Shown here piece after piece: positions 38,926 through 52,499 of a DNA stretch of 64,000 nt (within the stretch, counting starts at the first letter, position 1; each line of letters starts with the position of its first letter). The notes beneath the pieces are model-generated. The model had not been told where the DNA came from, did not search any database, and worked only from the letters and a program-made list of their open reading frames with translations. A program made the position numbers and the translations under genes. This DNA comes from Hydrolagus affinis (lineage: Eukaryota). The stretch is from positions 1-64,000 of the forward strand of contig JAAILG010001538.1 in assembly GCA_012026655.1 (NCBI GenBank), given 5' to 3'.

Positions 38926-39792
38926 TTTTTGGCGTGTACATATACTTTTAGGTGTGTACATATACTTTTCCCAGAGAGCAAGTGTTGGCTGTGATTCAGT
39001 TCTCACTAATATTTTCCAGCTTTTTTTTTTGGTGTGGGGAGGGGTATCATTGGATAGAGGAGACCAGGGATCAGGACAATAACAACATTATACTTATTAC
39101 ACCCTGCCCTTCTTCACTGAGGATAGCCTCTCAGAGTGCTGCACAGTGGCAAGGGAGAGGGTACTTTGATGACAGATTGTTCTTATAATGGGATTCAAAG
39201 GCAGATAAAGGGCAGGTGACAGCGAGGGATTTCAGGAGATTAGGGACAAACTGACCAAAGCTACAGCAAGCAATGGCAGGAATGGGTGGGGGAACACGCA
39301 GCGGGCCAAAACCCTGGCCGATTTGTCTCTGCCTTTTCCAAGGGCAATAAGGTCAGTTGTAGAGTTCATATTGCTGTCCTGGATAAGATTTAGCCTAGAT
39401 CAGGGATTGAACCTGTGTGTTCCTGATCTGTGTGGCTCAGTTACAACTTTACAGACAGGGTTGTTGGGTGGGGGGAAACTTAGGGTAGCTTATAGGAGAT
39501 GTCTGGAAGACCATGGCAATATCAAATGCAAGTAAGGATTATTATTAAAACAATGAGTGTGTAATGAATTCTTCATCCTACATCCCCACCACACACACAC
39601 ATACACACACATTTGCCCTGCAGAAGTTAACATCACTGTGTGAGACAGCACTGCCCTTCAGATCAGCTGAGTTTCTGAATAATAAATAAAAGAATGAACA
39701 GGATCTAGTGTTGGAGGTGCAGCAGGCATCGATCCGGAACAGGTAGAAAATGAGCTCTGTTATAATGTGTTGTATTTTCTTCTGATTTATAG

Positions 39793-39923
39793 TGGGCTAG
39801 AGAAATCTATAGAAGAGCTGAAAAAGGACTGCACGTCAGCCCAGCAAAAGGTCACTCTGAAGGATGTAGAGGAAGGTGCAGTTGCTTTGCGCCACGTGGG
39901 AGAATCGCTAGCAGGACTTAAAG
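39793..39923 (+). CDS. KIAA1217: KIAA1217 coding exon E
   Basis: tctgatttatag acceptor, AAG|gtaacg donor; GLEKSIEELKKDCTSAQQKVTLKDVEEGAVALRHVGESLAGLK; phase 2-1. Confidence 0.95.
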
Positions 39924-40064
39924 GTAACGCACTTCAATCATTATCACAAATAGGAACTGTATTGCAAGGCTTAAAAAAAAGTTGATCACTCGATCCTCTA
40001 CTCTTCATTGGACACTGCTGCTCGCCATTGGCCATTGGTTGAGAAGTCTCAATAACGTGACATG

Positions 40065-40638
40065 TCACTATATTATGGAAACTCCCTCCTTGTTGGCTTT
40101 CCCAGCTCTTCCCTTCATAATCTGCAGATCATCCAGAACTCTGCAGCTCGTGTCCTCTACTGCACTTGACTCCGCGACCCCACCACTACCACCCTCGCCC
40201 AGGACAATTGGCTCCCCATCCACCAGAGGATCGAATTCAAGATCCTCGTCCTCACTTTCAAGGCCATTCACAGCCTTGCCCCTTCCTGTCTCTCTGACCT
40301 GCTGTCCCCCTATCAACCTGCCCACCCACTCCGTTCAGCGGACTCTGGTCTGCCCCGTGTCTCCCACCTGACTCGCCCTACCATCGGTGGACGGGCTTTT
40401 GGTCTCTCTGCCCCCACACTCTGGAACTCCATCTCACAGACCCTTTGCCTCGCTTCCTCCCTTGCCTCCTTCAAGACCGGTCTCAAGACACTCCTTTTCA
40501 ATTGTGCCTTCAGCTGTCCTCCACCTCTCTCTCTACCCTGCCCCTCCTCTGTGCTCAGGACCCGAGCCCTGACTGTTCAGCGCTTTGGGACGTCCTCCCG
40601 ACGTGAAAAGCGCTATATAAATGTAATTTTGTTGTTGT
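40065..40638 (+). mobile_element. L2 LINE 3' fragment, relatively intact
   Basis: atccagaactctgcagctcg...ccatcggtggacgggctttt...aaaagcgctatataaatgtaattttgttgttg; CpGs retained. Confidence 0.88.
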
Positions 40639-41639
40639 ATATTACTGTTGATAAAATGCTTTATTTAAACATATTGGCCTGAGCAAGGTGTCCTACAACG
40701 ACAGGTTAGGTTGACAGGCAATTACAATGGGTTTCGGAATGAAGTGGAGCATGTGAGCCAGTAACTAATGTAACTAAGTCATAATAGCAGGGCCCCATGC
40801 AATTGAATGGGTTGTGTGTGCCTAATGTGGCCACCGAGCAGGTTTCATACACAATAGCACCATGATCAACAGCTCCGCTGACACAATGTAGGATCAGTTA
40901 AGTGGAGAAGGAACCAAACTGGTAAATGCTACCGCTGTTCCCAAACTGCACATGTTGGCCAATTTGGGGCTTGAAGTCACAGCCCAGACTTTCACTCCAG
41001 TGCAGCGCCATTGCAGCGCTGGGGAAGCGTTCCATTGTCCGATATCCTGTTTGGGTGGACGCTAAAGAAGCATTTCACTAGTTCAAAAAGAGAAGGATGT
41101 TTTTCTTCCCAGCTTCCTGGGCAACAACCCCCTGGATTTATTGACCGTGACTGTTGCTGTTCATTGCCTAGTTGTGTTTGCCTGTGGATAACGTTACCAC
41201 ACTTAACAGTAAATTACCTTTGGGATGTGATAAGGCGATATAAAAATAAAAGCTCTTTCACTTTATGTGCATTACTTTATTTACTTTGCATCAAACAACG
41301 AGATCCTCCGTGATCATTCCAAGGGAGTTTCGGTTCCTCAGGTATATTGGTAAAACAGCCAGGGACATCCTGCTATTGCTAATGACCGATTATGATCAAG
41401 ATATTCAAGGAAAGGGAAATATAATGTGATTGAAATATTTTCATAAATAACACAGATCTGAGAAATTAGAACGAATAGTTTACCACTGAGGTGTCACGGC
41501 CTAGGAAGCATCCACTCGTAACCGCAAATTGATTCTTGTTTTGCACGCTGCACTCCGAACCCGTGCATGGATTGAGTCCATCCACAGTGCATTCTGATGT
41601 TTGACACATGCTCACCCGAGTTTGTGTGTGTGTTTGCAG

Positions 41640-41787
41640 CTGAGTTCCCACCTCTGCAGAACAAGATGCGGGCAGTGCTGCGAGTAGAGGTGGAAGCAGT
41701 GAAGTTCTTGAAGGAGGAGCCTCACAAGTTGGAGAGTCTGCTGAAAAGAGTCAAAAGTATGACTGATCTGCTGACTGGTTTAAGAAG
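41640..41787 (+). CDS. KIAA1217: KIAA1217 coding exon F
   Basis: tgtttgcag acceptor, AG|gtaatt donor; EFPPLQNKMRAVLRVEVEAVKFLKEEPHKLESLLKRVKSMTDLLTGLRR; phase 1-2. Confidence 0.96.
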
Positions 41788-42863
41788 GTAATTTTCACTT
41801 CAGTGTCATCTTTCCACGTGTTGTGTATTAGAACATAGGAATTACTAGACGAAAGAAGACCAAAGTATATCCAGTTTGCCTCCCACGGTCCTGTCAGTTG
41901 CATGCACGTGCCACATCCCAAACTATATACTGTATCCCACAATATTATTTCCCAAAAGAAATCTATCTAATTTGCTTTAGAAAATTAGATAAATTCCACC
42001 CCCCCGCCCCTCCACAACCATTTGAAATATTAAACATAGTTTGTGAAATGTAACAGTGAATTTGGTGATTGTTTCTTTTTGATTTTTTTTAAATTAAGAA
42101 ATTTGTCAGAAATCCCACAATTGTATGCGGTGACCAGCCATCAACCCCTTTGTTAGGAGGATTTAGTCAATGAAAAGCATTGCTGTTCTCTTAGCTGTTT
42201 ATTGCTGCTGCAATGAGAAAGCAGCCCTTTGTGAATGCCCCTCTCTCCAAATGGACTTTTTAAATTGTCATAGCTGAGTTGCACTTGAGGCAATGGATTT
42301 AACAATTGAACCACTAGTGGCGTTCAGAGTTGTAACATTTCAATCAAACCTAAAGCTCAATGTTAGACTTCAGGGGATGAGAGGAATCCATCTGAATCAC
42401 CATTAAACATTTATTATAACCTAATCCTAAAGACATAAAGAAATTGATATTGTGCACGTTAATCTTCTGTTTGCCTCCTGCATTTCAATACAATTTCAAC
42501 CTGTGAGTTTTGCTCTGTTTATTGCTTTTATGGAAATTTGCTGAACAGTGATTTTTTCAGAAATCTGTTCCTGAGCATCAGGATGAGTGTGTGTGGGTGG
42601 GGGATTGGGGAGCTCTCTTTGCAGCTGAACTAGCTGTAGAATGACATGCTTGACATGCTTGACAAGAGAATTGAGCCAGCCCTCTGCTGTGGTGGTCTCG
42701 GTGGTCCTGTTCCTGAGCTAGACTGGTTCCTGAGCCAGGCAGCACCCCAGGACACTGCTGATGACAGCACAGGCCGCCTGGCTCATCAGCAGGACTTGGA
42801 TAGGCAGAGTGGTAAAGAAGGGTCGGTCTGAATGGCCTGTTTCATTGCTGTGGATTCTATATA

Positions 42864-43500
42864 CAGTAAAAAGCCTGTTTATCCGTGACCCAATCAACCG
42901 TAACTGCCGTATAGGAAGATAAGAACATAAGAATTAGGAGCAGGAATAGGCCATTCAGCCCCTCGAGCCTGCTCCGCCATTCAATAAGATCATGGCTGAT
43001 CTTCTCACCTAACTCTGATTACCAGTATAACTGGCATCTCAAAAAAAAGGTCCCCATTCAAACGGCACAAGCGCGGTGGGGCATTGTTTTCCCCTCGTAT
43101 CGGTATTTCGGAACGCTGTTACTAGCATGAAGGTGGCGCTGACATTTTTTTCCCTCACATCAGTATTTTGGCTTGCCGCTGGTAGAGCCTTAAGTCTTGC
43201 TGCCGTTTTTTTCCCTCACGTCGGCCATTGTTGAAGACAGATTGTATACCTCTTTCCCAGCATCATGGCTTCAAACCAGGCATCTACCAGCAAAAGAGAT
43301 TTTTAGGTGAATTTCTAGGTGAATAACAAAGGTCTGTTATTATCTGTCATTATTGAGTCTATTATTAATATGGTATGTGTTAAAATAAGCAAATTTTTTT
43401 TGTGTTGGGTTTTCGGCGTCGGATCCGCCCGAATATCCGGCATGCCGTTTAACCGGCATTGGCCAGGTCCCGAGGGTGCCGGATAAACGGGCTTTTACTG
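42864..43500. mobile_element. Tigger/pogo-like MITE, long copy of the 8977-9192 family, with nested CR1 tail
   Basis: TA-flanked; cagtaaaaagcctgtttatccg / cggataaacgggcttttactg; subterminal sequence shared with the 8977 copy. Confidence 0.88.
42919..43016 (-). mobile_element. CR1 3' tail fragment nested in the MITE
   Basis: ataagaacataagaattaggagcaggaataggccattcagcccctcgagcctgctccgccattcaataagatcatggctgatc. Confidence 0.85.
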
Positions 43501-43815
43501 TAATTCAAAGTAATTAGTCAGTTCACTTTAATAATAATGATTATAATATATTACTGTACAGTATATTCTGCGAAGCACTTGCAAAAACCTCGAAAACATG
43601 ATATGGCGCTATATCAAATGCAATAATTTCCACTGCAAGTATCTAACTGCCTTTTACTTTAAGACCGTAATCGATTTATCCTCCTTCCGCTCAGCTCCTG
43701 CCTCACGCCCTCACCCTGTCCACCCCACCATTGGAAGTCAGTCTTTCAGCTCATTTGCCCCCCACTCTCTGGAACTCCATCCCGGAATCACTTGGGCTCA
43801 TCCTTTTATTACCTC

Positions 43816-44143
43816 GTAGCTCAGTGGTTAGAGCACCTGCCTTACAAGCATGAGACCTGTGTTGGAATCCAGGCAGATCAGGGCAAAACCTTTGGCAAGT
43901 TTCCTTGCTCGACACGCCTAATAATAATCTGTCAAAAAAAAACAACACAATAATAAAATTGGTCATTTCAATCCACGACTGTTTGTGGGACACTGCTGTG
44001 CGCAATTGGCTGCTGCATTTCACCCACAAATATAACCAAATCAAATATACTGTCAATTCACTTTACAGTATATTCTGTAAAGTGCTTTGAGACGACGTTA
44101 AGATGTGAAAAGCGCTATATCAAATGCAAGGATTATTATTATT
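43816..44143 (+). mobile_element. tRNA-derived SINE (short form) interrupting an L2 remnant
   Basis: gtagctcagtggttagagcac head, full core and tail; L2-like sequence on both sides. Confidence 0.88.
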
Positions 44144-44776
44144 GTTGGGCTACCTCAAGGCCTTCCTCTTCACTCATCTTCCTCATCTCTACCCCCTCCC
44201 TTGGCTCCTGAATCCAATCCCCAGCTCAAGTGCAAACAGTCAACTATCCAGCATATTGTGCACATCCTCCCATTGTGAAAGGTGTTATATAAATGCAATT
44301 TGTTTGTTTGTTTGTTTGTTCTCGTTTAGGGCTTTCTGGGGCATTGCCTGATACTGGAAATACACAGTCAATGTGCTTTGCAACCTTTCTTGCCATTCCA
44401 CCATTGTGGCTGGGCTCTCAACCACTACGCCCTAAAACTCTGTAACACTCCTCCTCTAACCCTCCACTTTGCCCCTTTCTTCCACGTCTTAAGGTCATAC
44501 CTGAAGACCTTCTTATTCAACTGTGCCTACGGTCCCCTACCCCCCTCCCCGGCTCGGAGTCGAGCTCCACTACTGGCAGACGCTCTGGGACACTATCATG
44601 TGTGAGGGTGCTTTATAAAATGCAAGTTGTTGGTGTACAGAAAAAAGAACCTCCTGTGAAGTGCTTATATCAAATACGAGGAATATGATTATTAAATGGA
44701 AAATTCATCCTGAACTCAATCCATTTGCTTTAATTATAAGATCAACTTGTTTGTTTGTTTGTTTGTTTGTTTGCAG

Positions 44777-45311
44777 GCTGGTAACAGAAGGCCTAGGGAG
44801 AGGAACAGAATCCACACAGTCGTTAGACCATCCACCCACTGTTGTGGAATCAGAAATGCCCAAAGAGGCTCCTTTCCAAGCTGTGGAGCAGGTGACCGCA
44901 CGCTATGCGTCTCTCGCTCAGGCACCTCCTGCCGCATTCCTTGAGACACAGAATTCCCTGGTGAAGTCAGAGGCTTCCATGGTCGTCCATCACATCCAGA
45001 GCTCCCCTGTGCTGATCCAGCCTTCCCACCACTCTTCAATGTTGGTTCACCCTTCACAGAGTCCTCCCGGAATCCCAAAGCAAGCTCACAATGTCTTGGC
45101 CACAGTTCAGCCTCAGACACTGTCTTCCTCGGCTGTTATAAAGCAATCACAGGAATCCATAGAAAGGGTACCTCAAACCCAGAGTTCTCAAACTCTCCAG
45201 CCTCTGAGCCCCACATCCACAGCGCAGCCTCCGTCTACCCAGAACCTCTTTATTGATGAGATTCACGCTGCAAGTGCTAAAAAAAGCATCCATCGAAAAA
45301 TGAGTTTGGAG
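44777..45311 (+). CDS. KIAA1217: KIAA1217 coding exon G (Ser/Gln/Pro-rich)
   Basis: (gttt)n-gcag acceptor, GAG|gtagcg donor; 535 nt, phase 2-0; LVTEGL...HHIQSSPVLIQPS...QNLFIDEIH...MSLE. Confidence 0.93.
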
Positions 45312-45433
45312 GTAGCGTTTTACTTTTGATTCCAGTCACTTTTGCTGTAAATCATTTTGCCCCATTTTGAGAGGCCCGTGACCTAGATCAAATTGATGTG
45401 AATTATCCGGTTTTGATTTGCGTTCAATTGCAG

Positions 45434-45614
45434 GCCGCGGAGAGAGAGTGGGAAGAGAAGAGACACAACATTAATCAGTATGACGGGAGGGAGTTTGAAC
45501 GGCTCCTGGAAGAAGCGCAGGCCAATTTGATGAAAGCAATTCCCAGTCTGGAAGTGGAACCCGAGCAGAAGACAATCCAGAAACCAGATGAGGCGGACGG
45601 ATTCAAACAACTAG
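45434..45614 (+). CDS. KIAA1217: KIAA1217 coding exon H
   Basis: caattgcag acceptor, CTAG|gtgtgc donor; AAEREWEEKRHNINQYDGREFERLLEEAQANLMKAIPSLE; phase 0-1. Confidence 0.94.
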
Positions 45615-46778
45615 GTGTGCTGTGTTTTCTCTGTGCTTGTGATCAATACAGTTCAAGCACAATACATGTTTTCATGTCGGGAGGAAGTCGTGGGCACTTA
45701 ACAATAATAGCTTGTGAAGAGAGAAGGGAAGGGCAAAAGCCTTTTTTTTTACTCAGTACTAAACCCTTGATGTGTTTGTGAATGAAACAATTGGTGGCAG
45801 GTGGTCTGGGTAGTGAGGTGAGACAGAATACAGAGCTCCCCTAGCTACATCCCCTAATCTGACCACACTGGAGAGTGACTGAGAGTGGGCTAAACTTAAA
45901 TCGCTTCCCCTTATAGCTGCTCTCACAAGATTGGTTTGGTTAAAGAAAGCCCTTCGGTCCATTTGATCTCCAGATTACCAGCTCTACAGTCTGTCTCCCA
46001 CAGCATCAAGCTGTTTTTATTAAAAAAAATTGGTCTAGTTTCCTGGTAATCTATTCCCATCATTAGTTGCCCTTTGTGTAAATAAATACTTCCTGGTATC
46101 TGTTCTGAAATAGTTGCTTGCAACCCTAAATTAGTGTCCCCTTGTTCTGCGTCCTGAAATACTTCCCACACATTCAGGAAGTCACAGTGCAGCGAATTGT
46201 AGGCATAAAGCAAGGTCTTATCCAACCCAGCACATTGGAAGAATATTAAAACCATCATCATGGTTAAAACCCAAACCAATGACCCGTGATTACTGCTGCA
46301 TCTTATTCCAAGCACCAGCCCTACAACCCAGCACCAATGGGCCTTGGTGAGGGCCACCAGCACAGATGCTTGTGATGCTCTAACAATAACCCTGAGGCTC
46401 CCTCCGCTATGTTGGTAACTATTTTGCACAGGTGTTTTAACTACATTAGAAATGATTCAGTTGGATAGCGCCAACCATTTGCTTTCTGTGGTTTGCACTA
46501 TGGTAAATGTTCGAGTCAGCTGATATTCTGCCCAGTTTAGTTGAGATGATTACATTGTGAGCCCAAGCATTGCACAAAGAGTGGGCCATCAAATTGTTCC
46601 AAATACGCGTTGGCTGAGTGAACCATCACTAGAATTGTAAATGGTTGCAGTTCAGTTTAAATTGCAGCTTTGGTCCCGAGCCGTAGGTGACGGCCCTGCT
46701 TTCTTTAATTTGACACCTGTGTGTGCCAGAACCAGATTGAGTTTGAAGCAACGGCATAATCTGGATTGTTCCTTGCAG

Positions 46779-46930
46779 AGGAGATGCCGCCTGAAAAGGG
46801 AACCGAAAAACCCATGAAGTCACCTCCTCCGCCACCTCCACGCCGGTCCTACCCTCCGGGCTCCGGCCTGACCACTGCCAGATCAGGGGAGGTGGTCGTG
46901 ACTGCCAAGAAAGACATCGTTGTCATTACA
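46779..46930 (+). CDS. KIAA1217: KIAA1217 coding exon I (polyproline)
   Basis: ttccttgcag acceptor, ACA|gtaggt donor; KSPPPPPPRRSYPPGSGLTTARSGEVVVTAKK; phase 1-0. Confidence 0.94.
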
Positions 46931-47732
46931 GTAGGTGTTTGCTTCCGAACGTCAACTGATTGGTTCACACAGTTTGACAACCAAAATAGGCCAGACAAGT
47001 ATCCACGATACCCACAGAAGAACAGTCTCAGGTCTATTTGAAGTGCTTTGAGATGCCAGGTCATGATCAGGTGCTTTATTAAATGCAAGGATTATTATTA
47101 TACACTGACATTTCTTATGATATGCTGCTCCATTTTTTTCAGCCAGAGATCCCATTGTTGACCTGTTCCCAGGCTTCTATATATCCCCCTCTAAAACCTG
47201 CTACAGGGAAACACCTCTCAAAAAGACCCTATATATTTATTCTCGCTTGTTTTTTTGGACAACTATTTCACTTTAGGGCTTCCCTCACCTGCACCCCCGA
47301 GATTGGGACCTCCCACTTGTGTGGGATTTCAGAATCAGTGAAGGATTATCGCAACAACAATGGCAACAAATTACATTTGTATAGCGCCTTTCATGTCAAA
47401 AGGAGGTCCCAAGGTGCTGAACACTATGACTTTTAGCACTTATTCTGTTCTCTTATCACTAGCTACCTTCTGCTATCCCAACCATTCTTCAAGCATTTTC
47501 TATCTTCTCATGACTCTGTCATATCCACACTCTTTCTGTCTGTACTTCCCAACTCAAATCCTTCCTCTTTGAACGTGCCTATGATCGCCTTTCCCCCCCA
47601 CCCACCCCGGCCCTGTTTCTAATGCTCCCCTTTAAAGTATTCCAAGATGGTAACCTATCTGAAGAGCACTATACAAACACAAGTTGTTGTTGTAAGGTGT
47701 ATTGGATAAAAGCATGCTGTGTTCCTGTTTAG

Positions 47733-47882
47733 ACTGATGAAGAGAACAGCCCAGTACAACCACCGAAGTCACCGAAAAGTCCATTGGAGATGAAGGGAAA
47801 ACTACAGCCTCCAGCTCCCATAGTAGCCTCAGCCATCAAGGATGATGAGGATGAAGGTGACCGGATAATGGCAGAACTCCAG
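47733..47882 (+). CDS. KIAA1217: KIAA1217 coding exon J
   Basis: ttcctgtttag acceptor, CAG|gtactt donor; 150 nt, phase 0-0; TDEENSPVQPPKSPK...SAIKDDEDEGDRIMAELQ; absent from the ORF track. Confidence 0.94.
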
Positions 47883-48270
47883 GTACTTGTAGAAGCAAAG
47901 GAGCCCTTTTATTTTTAGCTTTGCTGTAAGTGTTACCAGACTTCAAGCCCTGACTTACCTGTGTTGGTTAAACTGTGTGTTTATCTATTTCAAACTGGGT
48001 TCCTAGCCTTGTTTTTTTTAACCTTCAGAAGGTTTTCATACTAAATAGATGTTTAAATTGTGGTGTTTCTTAGCAGGATTTCTTAATAAGTAATCTGAGT
48101 CCTGTTGATTGTGGCTCCTTCCAGAAATAAATACGTCATGTTGATCTCGACACAGTCACTTCCACTTTTTCGTAATATCCTGTGAAGCGCTTTGAGACAC
48201 TTTAAAAAGCTGTATTAAATGCAAGGATTATGATTATTATTATTATCTCCACTCTGACTGATTTATTTCT

Positions 48271-48640
48271 GTAGTTCTGTAGCTCAATTGTTAGAGCACT
48301 CGCCTCACAAGCGAGAAAGTTCGATTCCCAGCAGGGAAAAACTTTGGGCAAGTTTCCTTGTTCCATACGCTTCTGTTTACCTAGCAGTATCTAGGAAGCC
48401 AGTTGTTAGTTGATTGGTGAATCGCTTTTCTGGGGGTAATAATTCCTCCAAAAAGAACAATTGATCACTTCAATGAAAACTGTTTGTGGAACACTGCTGT
48501 GTGCAATTGACTGCTGGGTTTCGCCCACAAAATATATAGTCAATTCACTTTACAGTATATTCCGTGAAGCGCTTTGAGACGTCTTGAAGCTGTGATAAGA
48601 CGTTATATAAAATGCAAAGATTATTATCATTATTATTATC
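48271..48640 (+). mobile_element. tRNA-derived SINE (long form)
   Basis: tgtagctcaattgttagagcactcgcctcacaagcgag; carries the ctgtttacctagcagta...gattggtgaatcgcttttc segment. Confidence 0.88.
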
Positions 48641-51600
48641 ATAGCAGAGTTTCAGCCCGTCATTGGGAATTCTGTTGAGATTCTTCGCTGAGCAAAATCT
48701 AGTCAAGAAAAAAATCATGAACTAGATAGAGTTTGTTCTGAAAGCAGAATTCTCAGTTATTCAAAAGCCATCACAATGGGGGCAAGAACAGGAACAATAC
48801 TGCAGTGTTGAGCTGGAGACTAGGTCATTATACCCTGGTATCACCATGTTCCCCACCCCAGCTTTATTTGAAAGTAACTAGCAGTCACAACGAGGCAATT
48901 TCCAAATGGGGACACAGATGTCACTGTATCTTTCCTTAGCTGAGCAGAAGCAAGCCTTTTAAAGGATGAAATGCTCATTTTTGCTGTGCACTTACTGACA
49001 GTAATGACTTAGTGTAAATGTATATTCTTTTGAAACCTTTCGGAATGTGCTGCAGTGAGGATTCAGAGTTAAACGTGACAATTGTGGATGTGGTGTCTGC
49101 TAAAGGGAACGGCAACTATACGTTCAAACAAGCGAGCTGTCATTGGGGACAACAAGTTAAAGAGGTGTTTCCTGTGGTCGTTGTTTGTGACAGAGGTCAA
49201 AGTGAGCTCTTTGCCCCATTCACCTAATTTGCCCCAACCCCTCAGTGCTCACCCCCAGCTTAAATGCAAAACCTGGAACATTCTCCCGCCATGGAAGCTT
49301 CTATATAACTGTAAATTTGCATTGAGTTGTCAGAGGCTAGGTGTGTTTTACATAGTCCTGTGTATGAAGTGGGGTTGGTGGGCAGGGATGGAATGAGACA
49401 CTGCAGAAAAAATAAAACCTGCAAATAGATCTTTAATGTTACCATTATTTCGGTGCTTCCACCGGTTCTGTCACAATCTCCCCCGGAGTGTGTAATAAAT
49501 CTAATAATCTATTAGATTTTAATAAACTGTATTAAAAACATACTACCACAGAAGCACCTCTCCAGCCCCCACTGGCTGAGTTTGGCCCCTTTCACGCTGC
49601 AGCGGGGATTGTGGCAGAAATGAAAGCTTAGTGGATTTAAGCAGTGGAGAAGCAGACGAGAAAGAAAGTCTGGCTCTGGATACTCAAGCTGAGAAAACCT
49701 TTACGCTTAATAATCCATGTAACGTGACGTGTGAAAGGATGTCTTGGTCGAGAGCATTTGTTGCGGGCCACATTTGGATGGGAAGAGCGCATTAGCTAGG
49801 GGTTTGAAAGGATGCCCAGTGTAAACATGTTTGTCAGCTGGTGATTTGATCGCCCAAATCTCAACGCCTTCATGAATTATTAACATGTAGTTTTAACAAA
49901 CTTCTTTTCTCTCTTTCCACTTTGTTCTTCCCGGTGACACATGTGCTGCGACGTGTTTGACGAGTGACATTTGCTGTTTAACATGACAACGAAAGCGCAG
50001 ACTTCCATTTCAATGCAGTATTGTGAAATGCCTGTCAACCCGATTTACCTGCACTGAACTTGCAGTGAATTGCCTGATGTGAAAAGGCAATTTTCAGCAC
50101 CTGTTGCGTTGTGCGCCTTTCTTTAGGCTGATGGCAGAAACAGTCCGTTTGTCTGGCTGACCGAGTGTGTTTGGAAGTGAATGTACAAGGTGCATAATAC
50201 GCAGCAGGGTGACCTTCCACAATGACTGAGAAAGTCATTTGAACAGTTTCAATCGGCTTTTTTGTGGTCCACTCGGAGATATCTCCAGTGAAAGATCGTG
50301 GTTAATCGAGTTAACTTCGCAAGCAATGTGGACTGAAAACCTATGAGCAGCGTTTAATTTACATTGAAGCATCCATGCTAGTTTTATTTGGGTGATTTGC
50401 AAACAAAAAGAGGCTCGTACAGTTCAATGTTACCACGGTTGAACCTCATGATTCAGTTGCCTGTAGCTTCTCATGAACTTAGGCTTAAAACCGTTGTATT
50501 AAAATGTTAGACTCAATAGAATTAATAAGATTTATAGTTACACAGTGCTTGTCACGTCGGGAAAATGGCTCAAAGCACCTAATAATTTTCCACTAATCCG
50601 CGTGAGTTTAAGTTTTACTTTCCCTTTGGCAGCATTATTTTCTGGTCATTCTTTATTCACAATTGTGGAAAAATCAAAAATCAAAACTTAATTATAGAAT
50701 TTTTGAAAATTTTGCAGGATCTTAAATTTGTAAGACAATGGTCTTCAGGCTATGACTTAGCATGTTTTGGGACTCAGGAATGGCATTCTGTGCTGTTAAC
50801 TAGTTTGAGTGAAAAATTATGGTGGGGTGCTACATTGGCCTGGGGTCAGGGAGGAGAAACATGAGTGAGAATTTCACCAGGTGCTAGAAGTACATGTGTG
50901 TGAATCTCCTTTGAGACAGTTGTGAATTTGGCTGCAATGTTTGTCAACAATGACAGCTGGCATATATATATGTGTGTGTGTGTATTATACATATATATCA
51001 CAGAGCAATTCTTATGATGGGATCAGATGCCAAGCAGTGCAGATGGGAGAAAGGGGGAGGTGACCAGAGGCACAGGTGAAGAGGTAGGTTTTAAGAGCGG
51101 ACTTAAAGCAGAAAGACAAATTAAGGGGGAGACAAGATTCAGGAGTGGAGGGAAGAGGTTCCAGAGATTATGGTGGTGCAAAAGAGCGGGGTGGACGTGT
51201 GGGCAGGGTGAGCCGTGGACAGAGCAATGGGGTAGAAGGAGATCAGAGAGATAAGGGCATGGAGGGCGTTATAGGAAAGGCTGAATAGCTTGTCTAGTCT
51301 GCCAAGCCTTGATTCCAGCCACAGAGAGGAAGAAGGGCCACTGAAAGGCAGCCACTTTTGAGAAAATCATGTCCCAGTGTGAGTCAGCGCTGGGCTGGTG
51401 GGGTTGGGGGGAGGGCGGTGGGGGGAAGGAGGGGACAATATTCTGTTTCGTAAATGCCCAGTGCCTGTATGAAGTTATGGGGCTGGATCAGCACTTTTCA
51501 TGGTGGGAATACAAGGTCCACAAGCGGTCAGTGTAGCAGAGATTATATGTGTGAGACTAGTACGAAGCTGCTGATTTGTGGAAGCTGTTTGACTTCACGT

Positions 51601-52499
51601 TGAAAGCACTCAGTGCAGCATTTTTCTCTGTGTCAAAACAATCACAGTTTAAAGGAAACTAATCATGTTCTCACCGGCTTGGATTATCACCTTAATATCC
51701 TAGTTCCAGCTTTTTCAAGCACATTCTGTCATCATTCCTGTTGGACTCCTGTTCATCATATATTATATGGCAGTACATTGACTAAGTGAAGCCTACATTA
51801 ATAAAATAATAGGGAAACTCGTATACCTTCTCCTTTGACTTGTTTGCTTGTGAGGTATTAATAGATATTGCAAAGGGCTTGAAATTTGGGTGCCAAACTG
51901 TGACTAAGCGCTTTCCCAATGTAAAAAAATGTAAATGAAGTGTATTGTAAAGGATGAATATTTGGAAACTAGAGGTCACTATCCTTGCCACCTTTTTGCT
52001 TTCAGGCTGTTTCTAGGATGAGAAATGTCTCGAATGTTCTTGCTGATTTTCCTGATTCATTTCGGGAATACAGTACGGCCATCTTATGATAATCGGGTAA
52101 CCACACTATGCCATTTACTGTTTCCAAGAAGAAGTCAGGGAAAATCAGGAAACTTGCAAAGGCTCTTTTGTGGCTGATATTTTTCACAGTAACTTGATAA
52201 TAATAATAATCCTTGTATTTGATATAGCGCTTTTCATGTCTTCTAGACATCTTCAAAGCACTTCACAGAACACACTGTCAAGTGAATTAGCTGTACATTT
52301 GTGGACGAAACAAATATATTTGATGACCTAGAAGGTGGACTTGGTTTGACACAGGAAGCTAAAATGCTTTACAATGAGGCTACACTGTACATTCTCAACC
52401 CTACAGTAATTTTTAGCATTTACAGCAAGATTTATTTTTGGTGTGTCTGATATGTGCAGATAGATAGCCATCATCATGTTTAAGAGCATAGCATAGAAT

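Noticed and set aside
49056-49164. Possible exon SEDSELNVTIVDVVSAK... with ag/gt ends
   Set aside because: 109 nt, poor pyrimidine tract, and starts with TGA in the required phase 0; no similarity to SKT that I recognise
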